Source: Neoechinorhynchus agilis
Taxonomy: Eukaryota; Animalia; Acanthocephala
Reading direction: 5' to 3'
Assembly: GCA_051530055.1 (NCBI GenBank)
Contig: CM121341.1
Coordinates: 18,888,784-18,952,783 of the forward strand
Length of the DNA stretch: 64,000 bases
Made by a program: the position numbers and the translations under genes. Below are positions 35,201 to 48,884 of this stretch, piece after piece. Each line of letters opens with the position of its first letter. Positions within the stretch are counted from its first letter, which is position 1. Below the pieces are notes generated by a model. That model searched no databases and was not told the DNA's origin. It worked only from the letters and a program-made list of their open reading frames with translations.

Positions 35201-38200
35201 TATTCGCAGCATTTTGAAAACGTGAACATAAATTCCTCGCTCTGTTCACGTCCTTGTTCTAAAGCATCTCCAAAATAAGATAATAACTTTCGTTGAATAT
35301 TGATTTTATACAAACTGTTTATATTTGACATCAAAAACAAAATTTCGCTCGATAGATGACGGATTGACTGTTCTTCTTTAAAAAACAAAAGATAGAAGAT
35401 CCAATCATCTGGATTTAAAGACCGAGATTTAATATCATCAGACTCTTGGTGGTAATTACCGCCTTGTCCGGATTGATTCAATATTCCAACCATTCTTTTA
35501 GTGAGCGTTAATATATCCTTCAAAATAACTAGAAGAGGTGCAAAGTCCGCAGCGGTATTCGATTGTTTATGGTACCTACACATTAATTTTAGTAATCTAC
35601 ATAGTTGTGGAAAGTTCGTGGTAACAAGTGCTGTTTCGGAGCTGATTTGCTGCAGCAATTGTATAGATTCATTTGCGGCATAAATTGTTTCGAACAACGA
35701 ATGAGAATTTTGGCGATTTAGAAATTGTTCCAACGTGTCCAAGGGTAGTCGAATAATCTTTGAATCACCATGGCTTTTATATTGAACGCATGCAAGCGTC
35801 TTCAAGAATGAATTCGCCAATGCGTCAATCTTATTTATGCGCAAAGTTCTACATCTTTGAATCATTTCATGAACTTTATCAGATATACGTTCAGTAATTG
35901 CGGCATCTCTTTGAGCGTATTCTTGGAAAAATAGCAAACATGCCGATGCCAGATCCGTAGTGCATGAATAACATCCATAATCACCAAATGGTACAAAAAA
36001 GTGACGAAATTCATTATTAATGTGTTCATAACCCTCCCTTTCTGCCAAATACCTCCACTTGTCCTTCTGGATCGACTCGTTTATAACCGCATTACCGACT
36101 GAAATATGGTGAGCATAGTTCCTAATTTTTATATCGTATACATGCCGAAGTTCATTCGATTTGGCCTCACTAAAAATACCTTTTGAACTACAATATTGCA
36201 TTTCCTTGAAAAATTGCGATCGAAAGCGCTTATAAACTACAGCCAAATCGTTTTGGTCATTATTCATTCTGCACGACAGCCACTTAAGCGCAATTCTTGA
36301 TTTTCCTTTTACAACAACCTCAATGCCAGCCGTAGAAATGCCGTCGAAGTCTTGTGATTCCGTAAATAGTTTTAAAAGCTGTTCATCGCCCTTTAACTGC
36401 AGTTCTTTGATCGGTGTAGGAATCAAACTTACAAAACGCAGGTATTTTCGCCTTCTTATGGAATGAGCGAAACTTTGCACTTCGTCGTCTTTTGAGAATA
36501 TATCGAATGTCCCTAAGTGCTCAAGTTCGTCTTGATACATGACCGAATAAAGATGAATTTTGTTTGAGTGAACCAAAGCATGTTTTAAAAGTGCTTCTGA
36601 TGGAATAATATTGATATAAATAGATATTACTTCGGTAATGGATTTAAAGTTTTGATCTTGTGGAACCAACACCACTCGCTCGTAATTTCTTGTATCGTAA
36701 CGTCGCCGATAGTGACAAGTAAGGATTCGAGTTGGCTGATTAGAGACGTTGCATCGACAGCATCGTCCATCTGAGAAGCAATCAAACGAAGAACTTTGAA
36801 TATTTACTGCCTTCAAGAGTAGATTGAATTCATAAGCTTCAGATAATTTCAACATTCTAAGGTGGTTTTCCAAATGACCAAAGATGTCCGTACAGTCAAA
36901 TGCGAGTCGACCCATCAGCAAAGAGAATTCAAAAAAATATCTAGGGAGCCCATGTTGTCCTCTTGCATTGACTCCCGTTAAAATCACCTTCCATATTTCA
37001 CTGTTCGTGAGATTTATACATATTTCTTCACGCTTTGAGTGTCGCCGTATAAGTTCTGTGGCGCATTTAAGCGCATTGAACCGCGTTTCATTTCTACTAG
37101 ACGTAAGCAACAGTACATAGATGAACGTTTTAATCTGCTCAGTCGAGATGAAACTCATATCAAGGTATTCATCGTTATCAAACAATGCATTCAGCAACAG
37201 AATAATTTGGTTCGACAAATGTTCGTATGACATATAGCAAAATGCAAATAATGCTTGTATTTGTTTTTTTCCAAGGAAAGAAAACCACGGAAAATCTTTT
37301 TCGCGGTTCCAATATGCCAATGAATTTGCGAAACGCGATTGTTCGTAAACGCTCATGTATTTCGAACGTAAGATTCCGTGGTTCCAAGAAATCATCTCAC
37401 ATAATAACTCCTCTATATGTGGAGTGTCAGATTTGTAGGTTAGAGTAATTAAAAAGGGTGATACATCCATGAAACAATTCGCGATACGATTATCAATATG
37501 GACGCGAATAAGCTTGAAAAGTTCATAAATTTTCACAGAGTAATATTCTTGCTGAATGGAACAGATCCCGAAGAGCAGAATCAGTTGTTTTGGATCTATA
37601 ATTACTTTTTGAAATGATTGATTGTACTCAATAATTGTTTTCAAGACTTCTAGAATTATACTGATTTGTTTCTGATATTCACATGGAATTATTGAGTCAA
37701 AGAAACGACCAAAGTTATTTGAACACTTTTTCGATTGGTCACGATATAACATGAAGATTTGATCTAACAAACATTGCATCCGGTCACTAGAATTCAACGA
37801 CTCAATCACAAATCTCTTGACATCTTCATTGACATAACGAGATCTTATAATGCGATAGAGAAGACAGGTCGAGTACACCCCATCGATTTTCGGTGAGTTC
37901 TTTGCACTTATGCATCTATCTATCAACTCGATACAAGCAAGTTCAGCCTTGTGCTCACATTCAACTCTAATAGTTTCAAAAATCGACGCATAAACTGTTA
38001 GAAGCATAGGAAATATTCGATCTGATTCAATATCATAAGAATTGATGGTATCAGTCATTTTAACGCACATTTCAACCAACCTTTGAGAGATATCTGTGTG
38101 AGGAATTCGACTGATTCGAAATTGCTGCGACGAAAAATTCTCTCTTCCGCCTATTTCATAACTAGCTAAGATTGGTTCTGTTACTTTAGAAATATGAAAT

Positions 38201-41200
38201 TCCAAAAAATTACATGTTCGATGGATATGTTCAGTGTCTATTCGAAAATCTGCGGTACCGTCACCAATATTGATTCTCATTTTTTCATCCATTGTTGCAA
38301 CTTCCTGTCTGAAATCGCTCTTTTCAAGAGAATCAATGAAAACATAGTCCTCGGCTGGGCTTAGTCGTTGAGTGGTTGCTTTTTCATCTAGCGGACCAAT
38401 GGTTATTTCTTCGAACGTAAGGTTCATATATGAAAGCAATATTGCAGTGGTAAACCATGCGCAGTCTGAATCAGGTGCATTAATTACGAGCTCATTTAGT
38501 ATAAATTCAATCGCATTATTGGAAAATGTGATTAAATTGTAAATGAAAAGTTGAAGAAAATCGAATTTTTTATAGCAGTTACCAGCGACTATAATCGGTT
38601 TGAGATAACCGGTTAATGAAGTACGTATATGTTTGCGATTAGCAAATATATATTCAGCGAACACATCATTTTGATTGTAACATGATGCATCAAAGAGGAG
38701 TTGAAAAAGATTCGTTCTAACCAAGTCCAAATAGCTTATTGTGCATTTTAAGGACAAAAATACGCATCGAAGCAATTTAGAATTTTTCAGCATAGCCTCG
38801 TTATCCAGTTTCAATTCAGCAATTGTGCCATCAATCCACTGTGAAACCCTAGAATCTTCTCTTGTCTTTTCGCAATTTTCTAGTAATAAATTAATTGCTT
38901 GCCCTTGGAATTCGGAGAAGCATTCATGCCGTGTTGTTCTTCTAAAGTCAAACAGTGCTTTTCGAGAACCATTACGAACTGATAGAACGTCTGAATCGGG
39001 GTTCATAAACCCATAAATCTTGAGACTTTTAAGTTGATTATGTATTGAGGGTACGCAGTCGGCTACTATAGTAAATTCAAGCAGATTTGACTTTGTAAAC
39101 CGATGCGAAATGGCACAGGTTGAATTGAACACAAACACATTACTGTCGTATAGAATATTTAGACTATTAAAAACTCCTTCAAATTCAACATCTAATGATT
39201 GAATCGAAAATTGGTTCGATTTATTTACAGTGATCACAATATCCAATCTATTGATTTCGCTACAGAATTGTATTGGCAGTTTACTGCACATTCTGTGTTT
39301 GATGGTTGAATCCGAAAACACACTTTTTAACTGTTTGAAATCATAGATGAACACATCGGGATTGGTTGTTAAATCAAAGAATTCTGACTTTGTGGATGTC
39401 CATTTTACCTTATTTCCATTTTTAATTACATTAAAATCGAACGTACCATCTGATCGCGGCATCGACCGAGAAATCAGCATTGTTCTCGGAGGAGAAGCAA
39501 TATTGTCGTTAAGAAAAGACACGAGCTTTGCATTTGGATTCGAAAAATCGTATGAACAGTTTCCACGGTGGTCACAAAAAATGTATCCCAGCTGTGCTCC
39601 GTGAAGCAAAGAAACGGTAAACAATCCCGGTACGAAATAATCCCTTTTCACGTCAATCGGCAAATCGAAGTCAGTAAATATTTCATCAAGTCGAATAGTT
39701 TGAATACGTATTATGCTTTGAAGATATACCTTGTCTCCTTGGATAATAAATATTACTTTACATACTATAATACACGGTTCGTTCGCAGAATAACACATTA
39801 TGTTCAAGTACGGACAATAATCAACGATGAATTTAAATCCTGGATAATTCTTCGCGTGAACGCTAGACCAAATGGCGCTGTCGGATAATTCTAACAAATC
39901 ACCATCCTCATCAAAAAGGCCATAGCAAATCTTTGACTTACATCTCGCGTTTTTTTCCCCTCTGCAATAAATATCGTTTTCGAACGTTTTTCACAATCGT
40001 TAGAACATTCCAAATTCTCAACCCTGAAGATCCTCACGTTAGGAGTGGGCGGAAGCAAAAATTTTATATCGTGTAAGAGTTTCACGTGGGCGTCTTTTTT
40101 ATCCATTATGTCCTTCATAAAAATGTATCCTGATTTTTCATCATCATTCAAGTAACTGTTCCGATGTGTATCATCGTGCGTATTAAACCGAAGAATAAAG
40201 CATGAAACACAGGTTTATCGCAATAGTTGCTGTTTTAATTATCGATCATAATTGACTTCTTCGCTGAAAAATTCTTATTTCCACTCGGGGATCTTATACT
40301 TTTGTGAACCAGCGATTGAGCGGTAAGCTAAACTAATTATTTTAAGCAACCCTCAACAAATATCTAATTTTCGACATAAGAAACGCATTGAATAAATTTC
40401 TTTTTTTTACAGTTTTGGCTTTAAGGACATGTCTTTCATGAGAAAAAATTCCCAGTTGGATGATACACATAGAAAAAAGTAAGGAATAGTATAGAACATG
40501 CCATACACTGAAGTTGAATTTGGCATCCAATCAATAACATCAATGTGATTTAAACCACTTAGCAAATTGAAGTATCTTAGAGGCTTATCAATATCATCCG
40601 CAATTTGACCAATGAAACACATTCTATCTAACGCGAGCAAAAAAAGGCCTTCATGGTAGTGATTTGTGATTAGTGAGGTGACTGTGAATGGCAGAAACAG
40701 TGGCGTGCCCATTAAAGTACATTCGTCTGATTCCAAAAAAGACATCTTTAGCCTATAAAACCGAAGTACACTCATCTTTTGAGCTACATCAACACTCAAC
40801 ATAAACACCGGCTTTCCTTCTCGTCGAACGATATCATACAAATGACGCTCCACCTTAATCTCACTTTTATCAGAAAGCTTGATCTCATAGTCAAGATGGT
40901 GTGGAACGGATTTTTGAATGAGTTCGCCATCCAAGATCAAGTCCAGTTTACTGTGAAGCAAGGAGATTAAAGCACTTTTAATTTTTACCGATCTAAGAGG
41001 AATCAGGGACGTGTTCGTCGTATTATCACATTCAGCAAATATACTGTTAAGTAAAGAGAATATGTTTCGAAACTGCTTAGTATTATCGATCGGTCGGCGG
41101 GAAACGTCAATCGCCAAATCTATAAGAACTTCAAAGAAGTCAGCACGTTCATATTCTAAGGAAATTCTTATTAAATTCATGATAAGATCTATGTATTCTG

Positions 41201-43958
41201 CTTTTGGCTTGAGATTTTTGCAGTAAACATTTACCACTGCATCAATATTATGAGTCTTTTTTCCATTTAACAGTGAAACGTATAAATCAATGAAATTATC
41301 AGTAAGTTTGAGTGTTAACGATGGATTGTTCAATATTTCTTCAGCCGTCGATAAACACCAATCAATCATATATTGTGGATTTGTTTTCGTACCATTAAAC
41401 CTGCATAAATTGGCAAGGATTGCAAAATATTTGATGGAATATTTTTTCAAAATATTGTCGATTTCAACATCGTTGAAATATCGTTCGCTATTTGAATCTC
41501 TTGTCAAAATCCCAATGCAATCAATCACTTCAGAATTATCCCACAATGACGGATTTTCGACCCACTGTTTGACAAAACGTTGTTTGAATTCATCGCATAT
41601 CTGACACGAAGAGCACTCGTGGTTGCCATGAATAATTGAAAATTTATTATCAGTATCAATGAAGAAATCTGGATGAAATTCGAGGTCCAGCATCAATTGC
41701 TTAAAGGGCGTCCCCATCTGATCATTATCAATATGCTGAACTGCGTAGTAGCAAATATCCCTAGCAATATGTATCCAAATCGTCTCTAGGTCCGAAGAGC
41801 AATGATTTTCTATCAATGAACCCAACGAAAAATTCTTAATAGGCACAAATAACGGCACTAGTATTGGGTCTTCGGTCTCTTCGTTCCAGACACGGTTGAG
41901 GGATACAAGACTTTTGTCAACGTACGCAGGAACTTTTATTCTGTATGGACATTGTTGCTTCAATTCGGTTACGAGGTTCTTTAGAAGATCAGCAATCCAA
42001 GAAATAGATGAGTTGAAATTACCGTCTTTTAGCAGAAATATTAAATGAACAAGGAGAAGATAAGATCGCGATCTCGCATTCTGCTTAAATTGTTGAACAT
42101 CGAAGGAGTGGCAATTTTTCATCATTAAATGAGCGAAATAAGACAACTCAGTCATTTCGACGTTTTCGATTATGGACATTCGGAGCTCATGAAAATACAT
42201 TAAAAAGAGTACAATAAAAATTCTTTGTTCTTTTTGTGTTTCTGGATCATCCAATATGTTCGTATAATTTTCATTAGATATTTGCATTAAATACGATTGC
42301 GTTTCGATTTCACTCCCGAATACCAGTATTGCGTTCTTGTCGAGTTTCATATCTGTTATACCTGTAGCCAAATCAGTTAATATTGGACGCTTAAACGATT
42401 TGCATATTGCGATAAACACCAGCTCCAAGCAGCAACCTGCTTTAATTCTTCCTTGAGCTAATTTTTGTAATAACTGTTTTGTCATTTCAATTCTAGTTTT
42501 ATTCGCTTCACAACTGGCGAACACATCCAATGCGAACCGGCACAAATTACTGGATGGATTGTTCGTTCTCAAAAATCTAAGCCAGGCATTGGTTCGTTGT
42601 TTGTCCGTTCCTCTAAGTGAAGTCAGACGAGCGCGAATTAACTCTAGAGCCAGATCGCTAATAGTCGCAGTGAAAGGTTGATCGAGATTCGTGTCTGACA
42701 ATGCCATGTCAAAGTTATTTGAGATTTGATCGAATACATCGTTACGGACTGATTTGCCAATGCTTCTCACGAGTCCTATAAGACTTTCATCTAAAATTCC
42801 ATTTTCCCTCATCAAAGATTCTAAGGCAATGAAATAATAGAAGTCGTTATTAACACATTCTGGACATATTTCCATTGTTAAGCAATCAACCAGATTCTTC
42901 AATTGGTTAGTTTGACGTTTGTAGTCGACTTGGACTACAAATCTTAATAGATTTACGATACTTTTAAATCTGCAGGGATTACGTCCACAATCGGCTGAAA
43001 TTGGGGGGTTGATCGTGGATACCAACTTCACTAATGAATTTATCACGGATTGTACGATTTCAGGAATTTCGTCTCCCACTGAGGGATATGTAATATCCGC
43101 GAACATGTAAATCACAACAATATCAGAAATGCTTTTGTGAATTGGGCTTAATTCTGCAATTTCCATTAAACAATCGCAAAATTCTGCATCGTGAGAATCA
43201 TCTTCACGTCTTGGGGTATTGCTAGTCAAAGCTTCCAAATATGAACCGATGATAGATGACATTCGATTGGCAACTTTTACTAATTTATTAAAAGGAATAC
43301 TCAAGGCATCATCAAATAAAAATAAGAATAGGGTGCATTTCAGTTGAAATAGTGAAGTTGAAGATCTTGGAGAAGATGCGATATTGTTCATTATACAATC
43401 TATGATTGACTTAAGACCACTGGTTGACGTTAGAAAAAAATCTCTCATAGATTTAAAGAAGCAATCGGCACCATTTATATTTTCAACGCATATTTGTCCA
43501 GGAATATCTAATAATGATACATGAAACCTCTCATCGATTGTATCGATCGACTTTGCTACCGCTACATGATTGGTAAATTGAAGTCGCCGTATACAGTCAT
43601 GATATCGATTTCCCATAACAAGGCATTCAAGGGCCACCAAAGCGTCATTAGAATTTTTTCTTGTCACGAATTTACACAAACAGCGTACGAGTAGGTGGTA
43701 TGCATTCATTGAGGTAAGTGGACATCCATATTTTTGTACGAGGTTTGAGGCGTAAATTGCGAGCAAAATTGAAAGGGATTGCTGTGCTTGACTCGGGTCA
43801 TCGTGTTTACCAAGCTCGCAGTTCACTACCGTTGAAATCTGAAGAAGTCTTTCCAATATCGATTCCGCCGTATATTCTTTATCATCTGCGTTATCGAGCA
43901 TGGCCTCGCAGCGGTCAATCAGTGATCCCAATCGAAATCCGTCATGAACGAGTTCCAT
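32278..43958 (-). CDS. UBR4: UBR4/p600-like E3/E4 ubiquitin ligase, shortened (~3,800 aa); small exons between 40407 and 39960 unresolved
   Basis: DPVQNEFIQ..MLDIRNFIC..LLDITTGMDLVVLNSLVNLQVRLVDVYK.LW..MIIMYRLSGL (UBL-like region). C-terminal CIVCKSGY..VHFTC..SAQLLN..CNCIMP (hemiRING). PFTVTSL, W.PNS, SGYIF and WSSV..YPG match the beta-propeller region and link the 1183-aa and 2539-aa ORFs. Confidence 0.85.
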
Positions 43959-44498
43959 CTACAAAAAAGGTTTTTTAGAATAGATGCAAGCAAACCTAAA
44001 ACGGAAATCAAATTTAACAATGGGAATTTCGGTGGCGCTGTTTAAAACCCGATTTGTTCCCGTTATGCAACGCTAAGTAATCCATCTGAGTAGAAAAGGC
44101 ATTTTTAGGCTTAGTAATGATTCCTGAATGCAAAGGACATATTTTTTAAACATTTTAATAAAGTTAGAGTACGCGGGCAGATATACAGTCCCCGGGAACA
44201 GCGATCCTGCGAACGCTAGGCGGTGATCACCATAACTCCAACTGTCATCGAGGAGGATTTTCTCTTGATGATTTTACAACTTGCATTCATCTGCAACATT
44301 AAAAAAGTCAACCAATTTAATAGGCTTTTGTGAAATACTCCAACAACCTATTTATATCTGTCTTAGTGAGAGTAATCCAATTTTCAATACTAAGGTATTT
44401 TGAACATTTTGCAACGAAGATGGAAAAATTTCAATCGATACAAAATCAGCCACTTCTGGCGTACGACACTTTCTATCGAATTATAATAATTGATTTAT

Positions 44499-44538
44499 TT
44501 GATAATTTTCGGTCTTCGCGTAGGCCTTCTTCAGTCCA
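44499..44538 (-). ncRNA. Solo, slightly degenerate hammerhead (family C)
   Basis: tGGA CTGAAGA A GGCC..GACC GAAA ATTA TCAA. Its tail (ataaatc) is shared with 56711-56758. Confidence 0.6.
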
Positions 44539-44819
44539 TTATTTGCAGATTTTTTAATCAAATCAAATATTATTACAACCTTCTATCGACTTAATGAATT
44601 AACAAAAAGAACACTACAACCGAACATACGACCACCCAAAATTCTGCCGCATTCTACATAAAGCTAATGAACAACCGATTCTTCTGGGTTCGAAGCGTCA
44701 CCAAACTCTCCCTCCAGCATTTCTCTCTTGACTGGAAACTGCAAAAAAGATGCAGAATGCGATGATACGTAGATGAGATTTGTCGCCACCGGAGTTGGAA
44801 TGGCCTTCGTAAACGGGAC

Positions 44820-45480
44820 AACAAAAAGCTCCAGAGAATGGCAGGGGCCTTACGATTTTCTTAAAGACCGACTCAAAGACGACTAGTGACGAGATCGTCG
44901 AAGGAGTTCGGAGCTTTGATGAACGTTGTTGCGATCAGCACCGTGAGCACCCTGCTCCATAGAAAAACATTGAAGGTCCCAATTAGGCTAGGTGTCCCGC
45001 ACAAATGCGGGTGTGGCTCCAATATCGATGAGTCGGGCGACATGGTCTCGCGTGCAAACGGTCGAGTTGGCACTTCACGAGACACATTGAGCTCAATATT
45101 ATCATCAGCGTTGTGTTGAACTCCGTCCAAGCCCCTAAGATCCTTGAGCCTGGGCAAACATTCTGCTCACATGGCGAGCGACCGGATGGAATGACAATTT
45201 TTCTTCTTCGATAGGGAAAATGCCTAGTTTGCGACGCCAAGTGCGATGATTCGCTGTGCGTCCTCTGTGCCCTAAGGTGAAGCTTCCGCGGTGGAAAAGT
45301 GGCAAAATACGTCGAATGGGAATATGACCACGATTTCGTACCATTCGTGAGGCTCCGGGAAGTCCGCCCTTAAACTATGCGGAGAATTGGGCCAATTTTA
45401 TGAGGGAAGCGACCGGCGACCATAGAGGATAAACATGGTTGCCGTCCAGCGAGGGTACACCGCCATGGGTACGACCTCTT
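44820..45480 (+). mobile_element. Old decayed CRE-clade 3' fragment
   Basis: STVSTLL..IRLGVPHKCGCGS.ID and the gtccagcgagggta end motif (QRGN), with frameshifts. Confidence 0.7.
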
Positions 45481-46268
45481 AGATATAGAAAATCAATATC
45501 TATCAATTTAGATCTTTAATAACGATTCCACTTTATTGTTTTCATGTGATCGGTAAATGCCAAGTCGAACCTTGTCAAACGTTCAATTTTAAACGCTATT
45601 GTGTGCGCACCATTATACAAATTAGCTAAAACGATTTTTCGCATTTTAGTCGTGAGGCTTTTGCGATTTAGACACACTTTATTGGCAAAGAATGAGATCA
45701 TAATGTGAAACGGGAAAATTTCGATTTACATTTGTATTCTGAGCAAAATATAATATAGAGGAGTAGTGCACTTACAATCAGTTCAGCCACATCGATAAAA
45801 TATAAATTTAATCGATTTGAGTATCCATTATAGACAACGACTAAGTGTATCCCTCGCTCCTTGATGCTACTGTCTAATTAGTCCCTCTTTATGATATTTC
45901 GATTTTGATATATTTATGGTGCCGATGAATGCAAAAGTGATTAAAAAACAAAAATTTCTCTTAGTTCACAAAATGCCTTTAATTGCGATTAGTTGCTTAA
46001 CTTAAATGTCTTTCCTGGAAATTCCATTTTATTATCTTTTAGGGCGAGAGAATGCTTACGAACGAGTTTTAAAACTAGAAATCGAGCAATTCGGTTTTTG
46101 GTATCATAGTTAATGATCTGCCATTTTTATATTTATTCCCAACCTCATTGATAGTCTTGATATGAATTGACCACAAAATCTGGGCCTCGATTTATTTTTT
46201 GGCTAAAATACGGATTTTGTCAGTAGCTTAGTTCCTAATACGGGATTCAATAGAAGTTATGCCAAACA

Positions 46269-46880
46269 TGTAACGGCACCTCCGACGAGACCGGCCTGAT
46301 ATTAATAATTATAATAATAATATAAATACTTCGTCCGTACAACGTGACGCCGCCAAATTGGTGACCCCGACGAGACTGGCCTGGTCAGCGTCCTGACCAG
46401 GCCCATCAACAACATCGAGGCCTTGCTCCTCCATTACCACAACGAGACCGGCCTGGTCAGCGTCCTGATCAGGCCCAGCTGCCAGCGACACGCCGTCATC
46501 ACACCGAGGTTCAACTCGGTTGCTCGACATCAGGCCCAGCGCAGCGTCGTGACACGCGGACCTCCTTGCTCAACCCAACGAGCCAAGCAGCGTTCGCCAA
46601 TGTCACCGATGCCTCAGCACTGGCAGTCGGCGCAGCCCACAAACAACGGACCAAAGACGGCACCTGGTAGTTCGATCCTCCCCGACGAGACCGGCCTGGT
46701 CAGCGTCCTGACCAGGCCCAGCTGCTAGCAACACGCCGTCATCACACCGAGGTTCAACTCGAAAGACCGGCACGTTTCCAGGACGGAACGGATTAGTGCG
46801 GCGACACTGGAGGGGAGGTGTGGCGGCGACTTCCACGTGAATTACGGGCAGCCGGAAGAACCTTTGATTGTTCAATCAAA
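46269..46880 (+). mobile_element. Miniature non-coding LTR element (TRIM-like) with tRNA-Trp PBS and PPT
   Basis: TGTAAC..CA (46269-46355), PBS TGGTGACCCCGACG (46359-46372), PPT GGAGGGGAGG (46809-46818), then TGTGGCGGC. Internal 77-bp direct repeat at 46442-46518 and 46685-46761. Confidence 0.65.
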
Positions 46881-47201
46881 GATAGCAAGTTTTCCGCTGG
46901 TCAAAAGTACGGTGAAGGCGGTGCTTAAACTGTAATAATGCAAAATTATTGTCTCAAATCTCGTAGCAGTTTGAATTTTGAACCAAAAAACGCATTAACT
47001 TACACAATGGTTACTTCGCAATTTTTCTTTCAAAAATGGAAATTCTATTTCCACAATTAGTCAGAGCAGGTCTAGAAACACGGATTTCAAGCATGTGGAA
47101 AAAATTGTTAACATAACTCATAGCAATGATTCATGAACTTGAACACGTACTATATAAGCTCTAAAACTCGTTTGCATTGTCACACGATACGAACCTGCGA
47201 A

Positions 47202-47459
47202 ATGAATTATTACCCTTATTATCAGCCATATTTGCCCAGGTATGGATATGGTCATCCAAGTGCATCCACAAATCAGCCTCCGGAACCAATCGATCCAGGA
47301 TTCAGCATGCCTCATCAGCCGACGATGGGCTCAATGATGCAAGGAAGTGCTTATCCTAATTTTGGAGGACAGCACCCAGTCATGGATTTGTCCATGAAAC
47401 CAGGAATGCACGGAAATTTTCCTATTCCGGACAATAGACACGGAAGTTCGTGGTGGTAG
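47202..47459 (+). CDS. Small Pro/Tyr/Gly/Met-rich orphan ORF (85 aa)
   Basis: ATG to TAG with coherent low-complexity composition and AATAAA ~45 nt downstream. No family recognised. Confidence 0.4.
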   Translation: MNYYPYYQPYLPRYGYGHPSASTNQPPEPIDPGFSMPHQPTMGSMMQGSAYPNFGGQHPVMDLSMKPGMHGNFPIPDNRHGSSWW

Positions 47460-47759
47460 AGGAATACAAATTGTTTAGCCCAAATGTGTAAACAAGGAAT
47501 TCAATAAAAAAGATTCAAGTCCTTAAGCATTCGATAAAAATTTGTTTTCGATTATGTAAAGGGAGAACCTTTTATGAAACTGATGGTATCTGTCAAGTCA
47601 CTCAATTATCATGCGACGAACATGATAATAACACGTCTATTTTGTTTGAAGAATTGGACCCATGTACCTCTGGGTCCTCTTCGTAGCATTATTTTTGATG
47701 AATGTAGGGTAATCACGAGATTTCTCACGTTCAAGCATTTAACTCCTCTAAATGTATTA

Positions 47760-48281
47760 CCCTTAACTAAACCAAGTGCGGCCAAATCGACCACTCAATT
47801 TCAAATAGCCCTTCCAATCAGCCACTTTTTCCTTTTCCTGTCAATCGTCTCTCATCTGTTCGTATACGCGGTCTTCATTTTCAAGAAAATCTAAAGTGGG
47901 ACAAGCACATATCAATCTTGTCGCGCAAGGGGTCCATTAAGCTCTATCTTCTTAGCACTCACCTACACAAGTCCAACCTTCTGAAATTTTTCTTCTAAAC
48001 TTCACAAAAGTTAATACTTTTCACACGACGTGCGCTATAATCTGCCGCTCCGAACTCGTGCCCTTAGAAGAACACCGCTCTCCAATCTTTCAAAAGCACT
48101 CAAAGCGCCTCGATGCTCTTCCGCCTCTTCAATTTTTATCACACATTTCGCCTTTTACTACCCCCTTACAACGCTCGCGTCGCCCCAACATTTTCCATCC
48201 TTTATTTCGTCGCACAAGTCTCAATCCTCTAAATGCGAATCGATTCGGAGGAAAGAGTGGAAAATAACAACCAACAACTAA
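47760..48281 (+). mobile_element. LINE RT C-terminus/3' end fragment
   Basis: LKWDKHISILSRKGSIKLYLL thumb-like segment. Homologous to 2120-2575. Confidence 0.6.
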
Positions 48282-48884
48282 CGTTTATGAACTGCAAAGA
48301 CGGAACTTTAAAAACACAACTAGTCTTGTAAAAGGCCGTCCAAAGCTTACAAGTTACAAGTTTCACTAGATACCTGAGGGCATTGTACGGTGGCTTGAAT
48401 TTCCCTGATCCAGTAAAACGTGTTATTATTAATGCATAGGTCACTTTTAATCTCGAACCGGCATGAATTTCCTCTCCGCTATCCCGCAAAAACTTTTCTG
48501 TGGTATCTAACGAAACTCGCGAATGAAGAAACGAATTTTCTTTTCCCCACTATACTGATACTTAAAAAAGATGCCGTACTGCGACTTTTTCTATTTGCCA
48601 AAAACGTGACTATCTTACTCAATGAAGGTTGAAACAAAAATATGTTCATAAGTTAAATTCGGCCATCATGTCGGGCTGCCGTGGATGAAAGGTATTCTCA
48701 TAATTTTCAATTTATCAAAAACGATTATTTAAACGTCGAATTGCCAACATTGAAATAATATTCAACTCTTAAGCTTTATCAATTTTGCAATCCAAATTTT
48801 GCAGGCCGAAATCATTCCTCACATTTACTGAATAAATCTAGTTATTTAAAGCGATTGTACGTACTAACAGGTAATTTTTCTCAT

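Noticed and set aside
32819-39888. Many short plus-strand ORFs opposite UBR4 (likewise opposite SEC23, CRE and RTE)
   Set aside because: Antisense shadows of long coding frames with no independent motifs.
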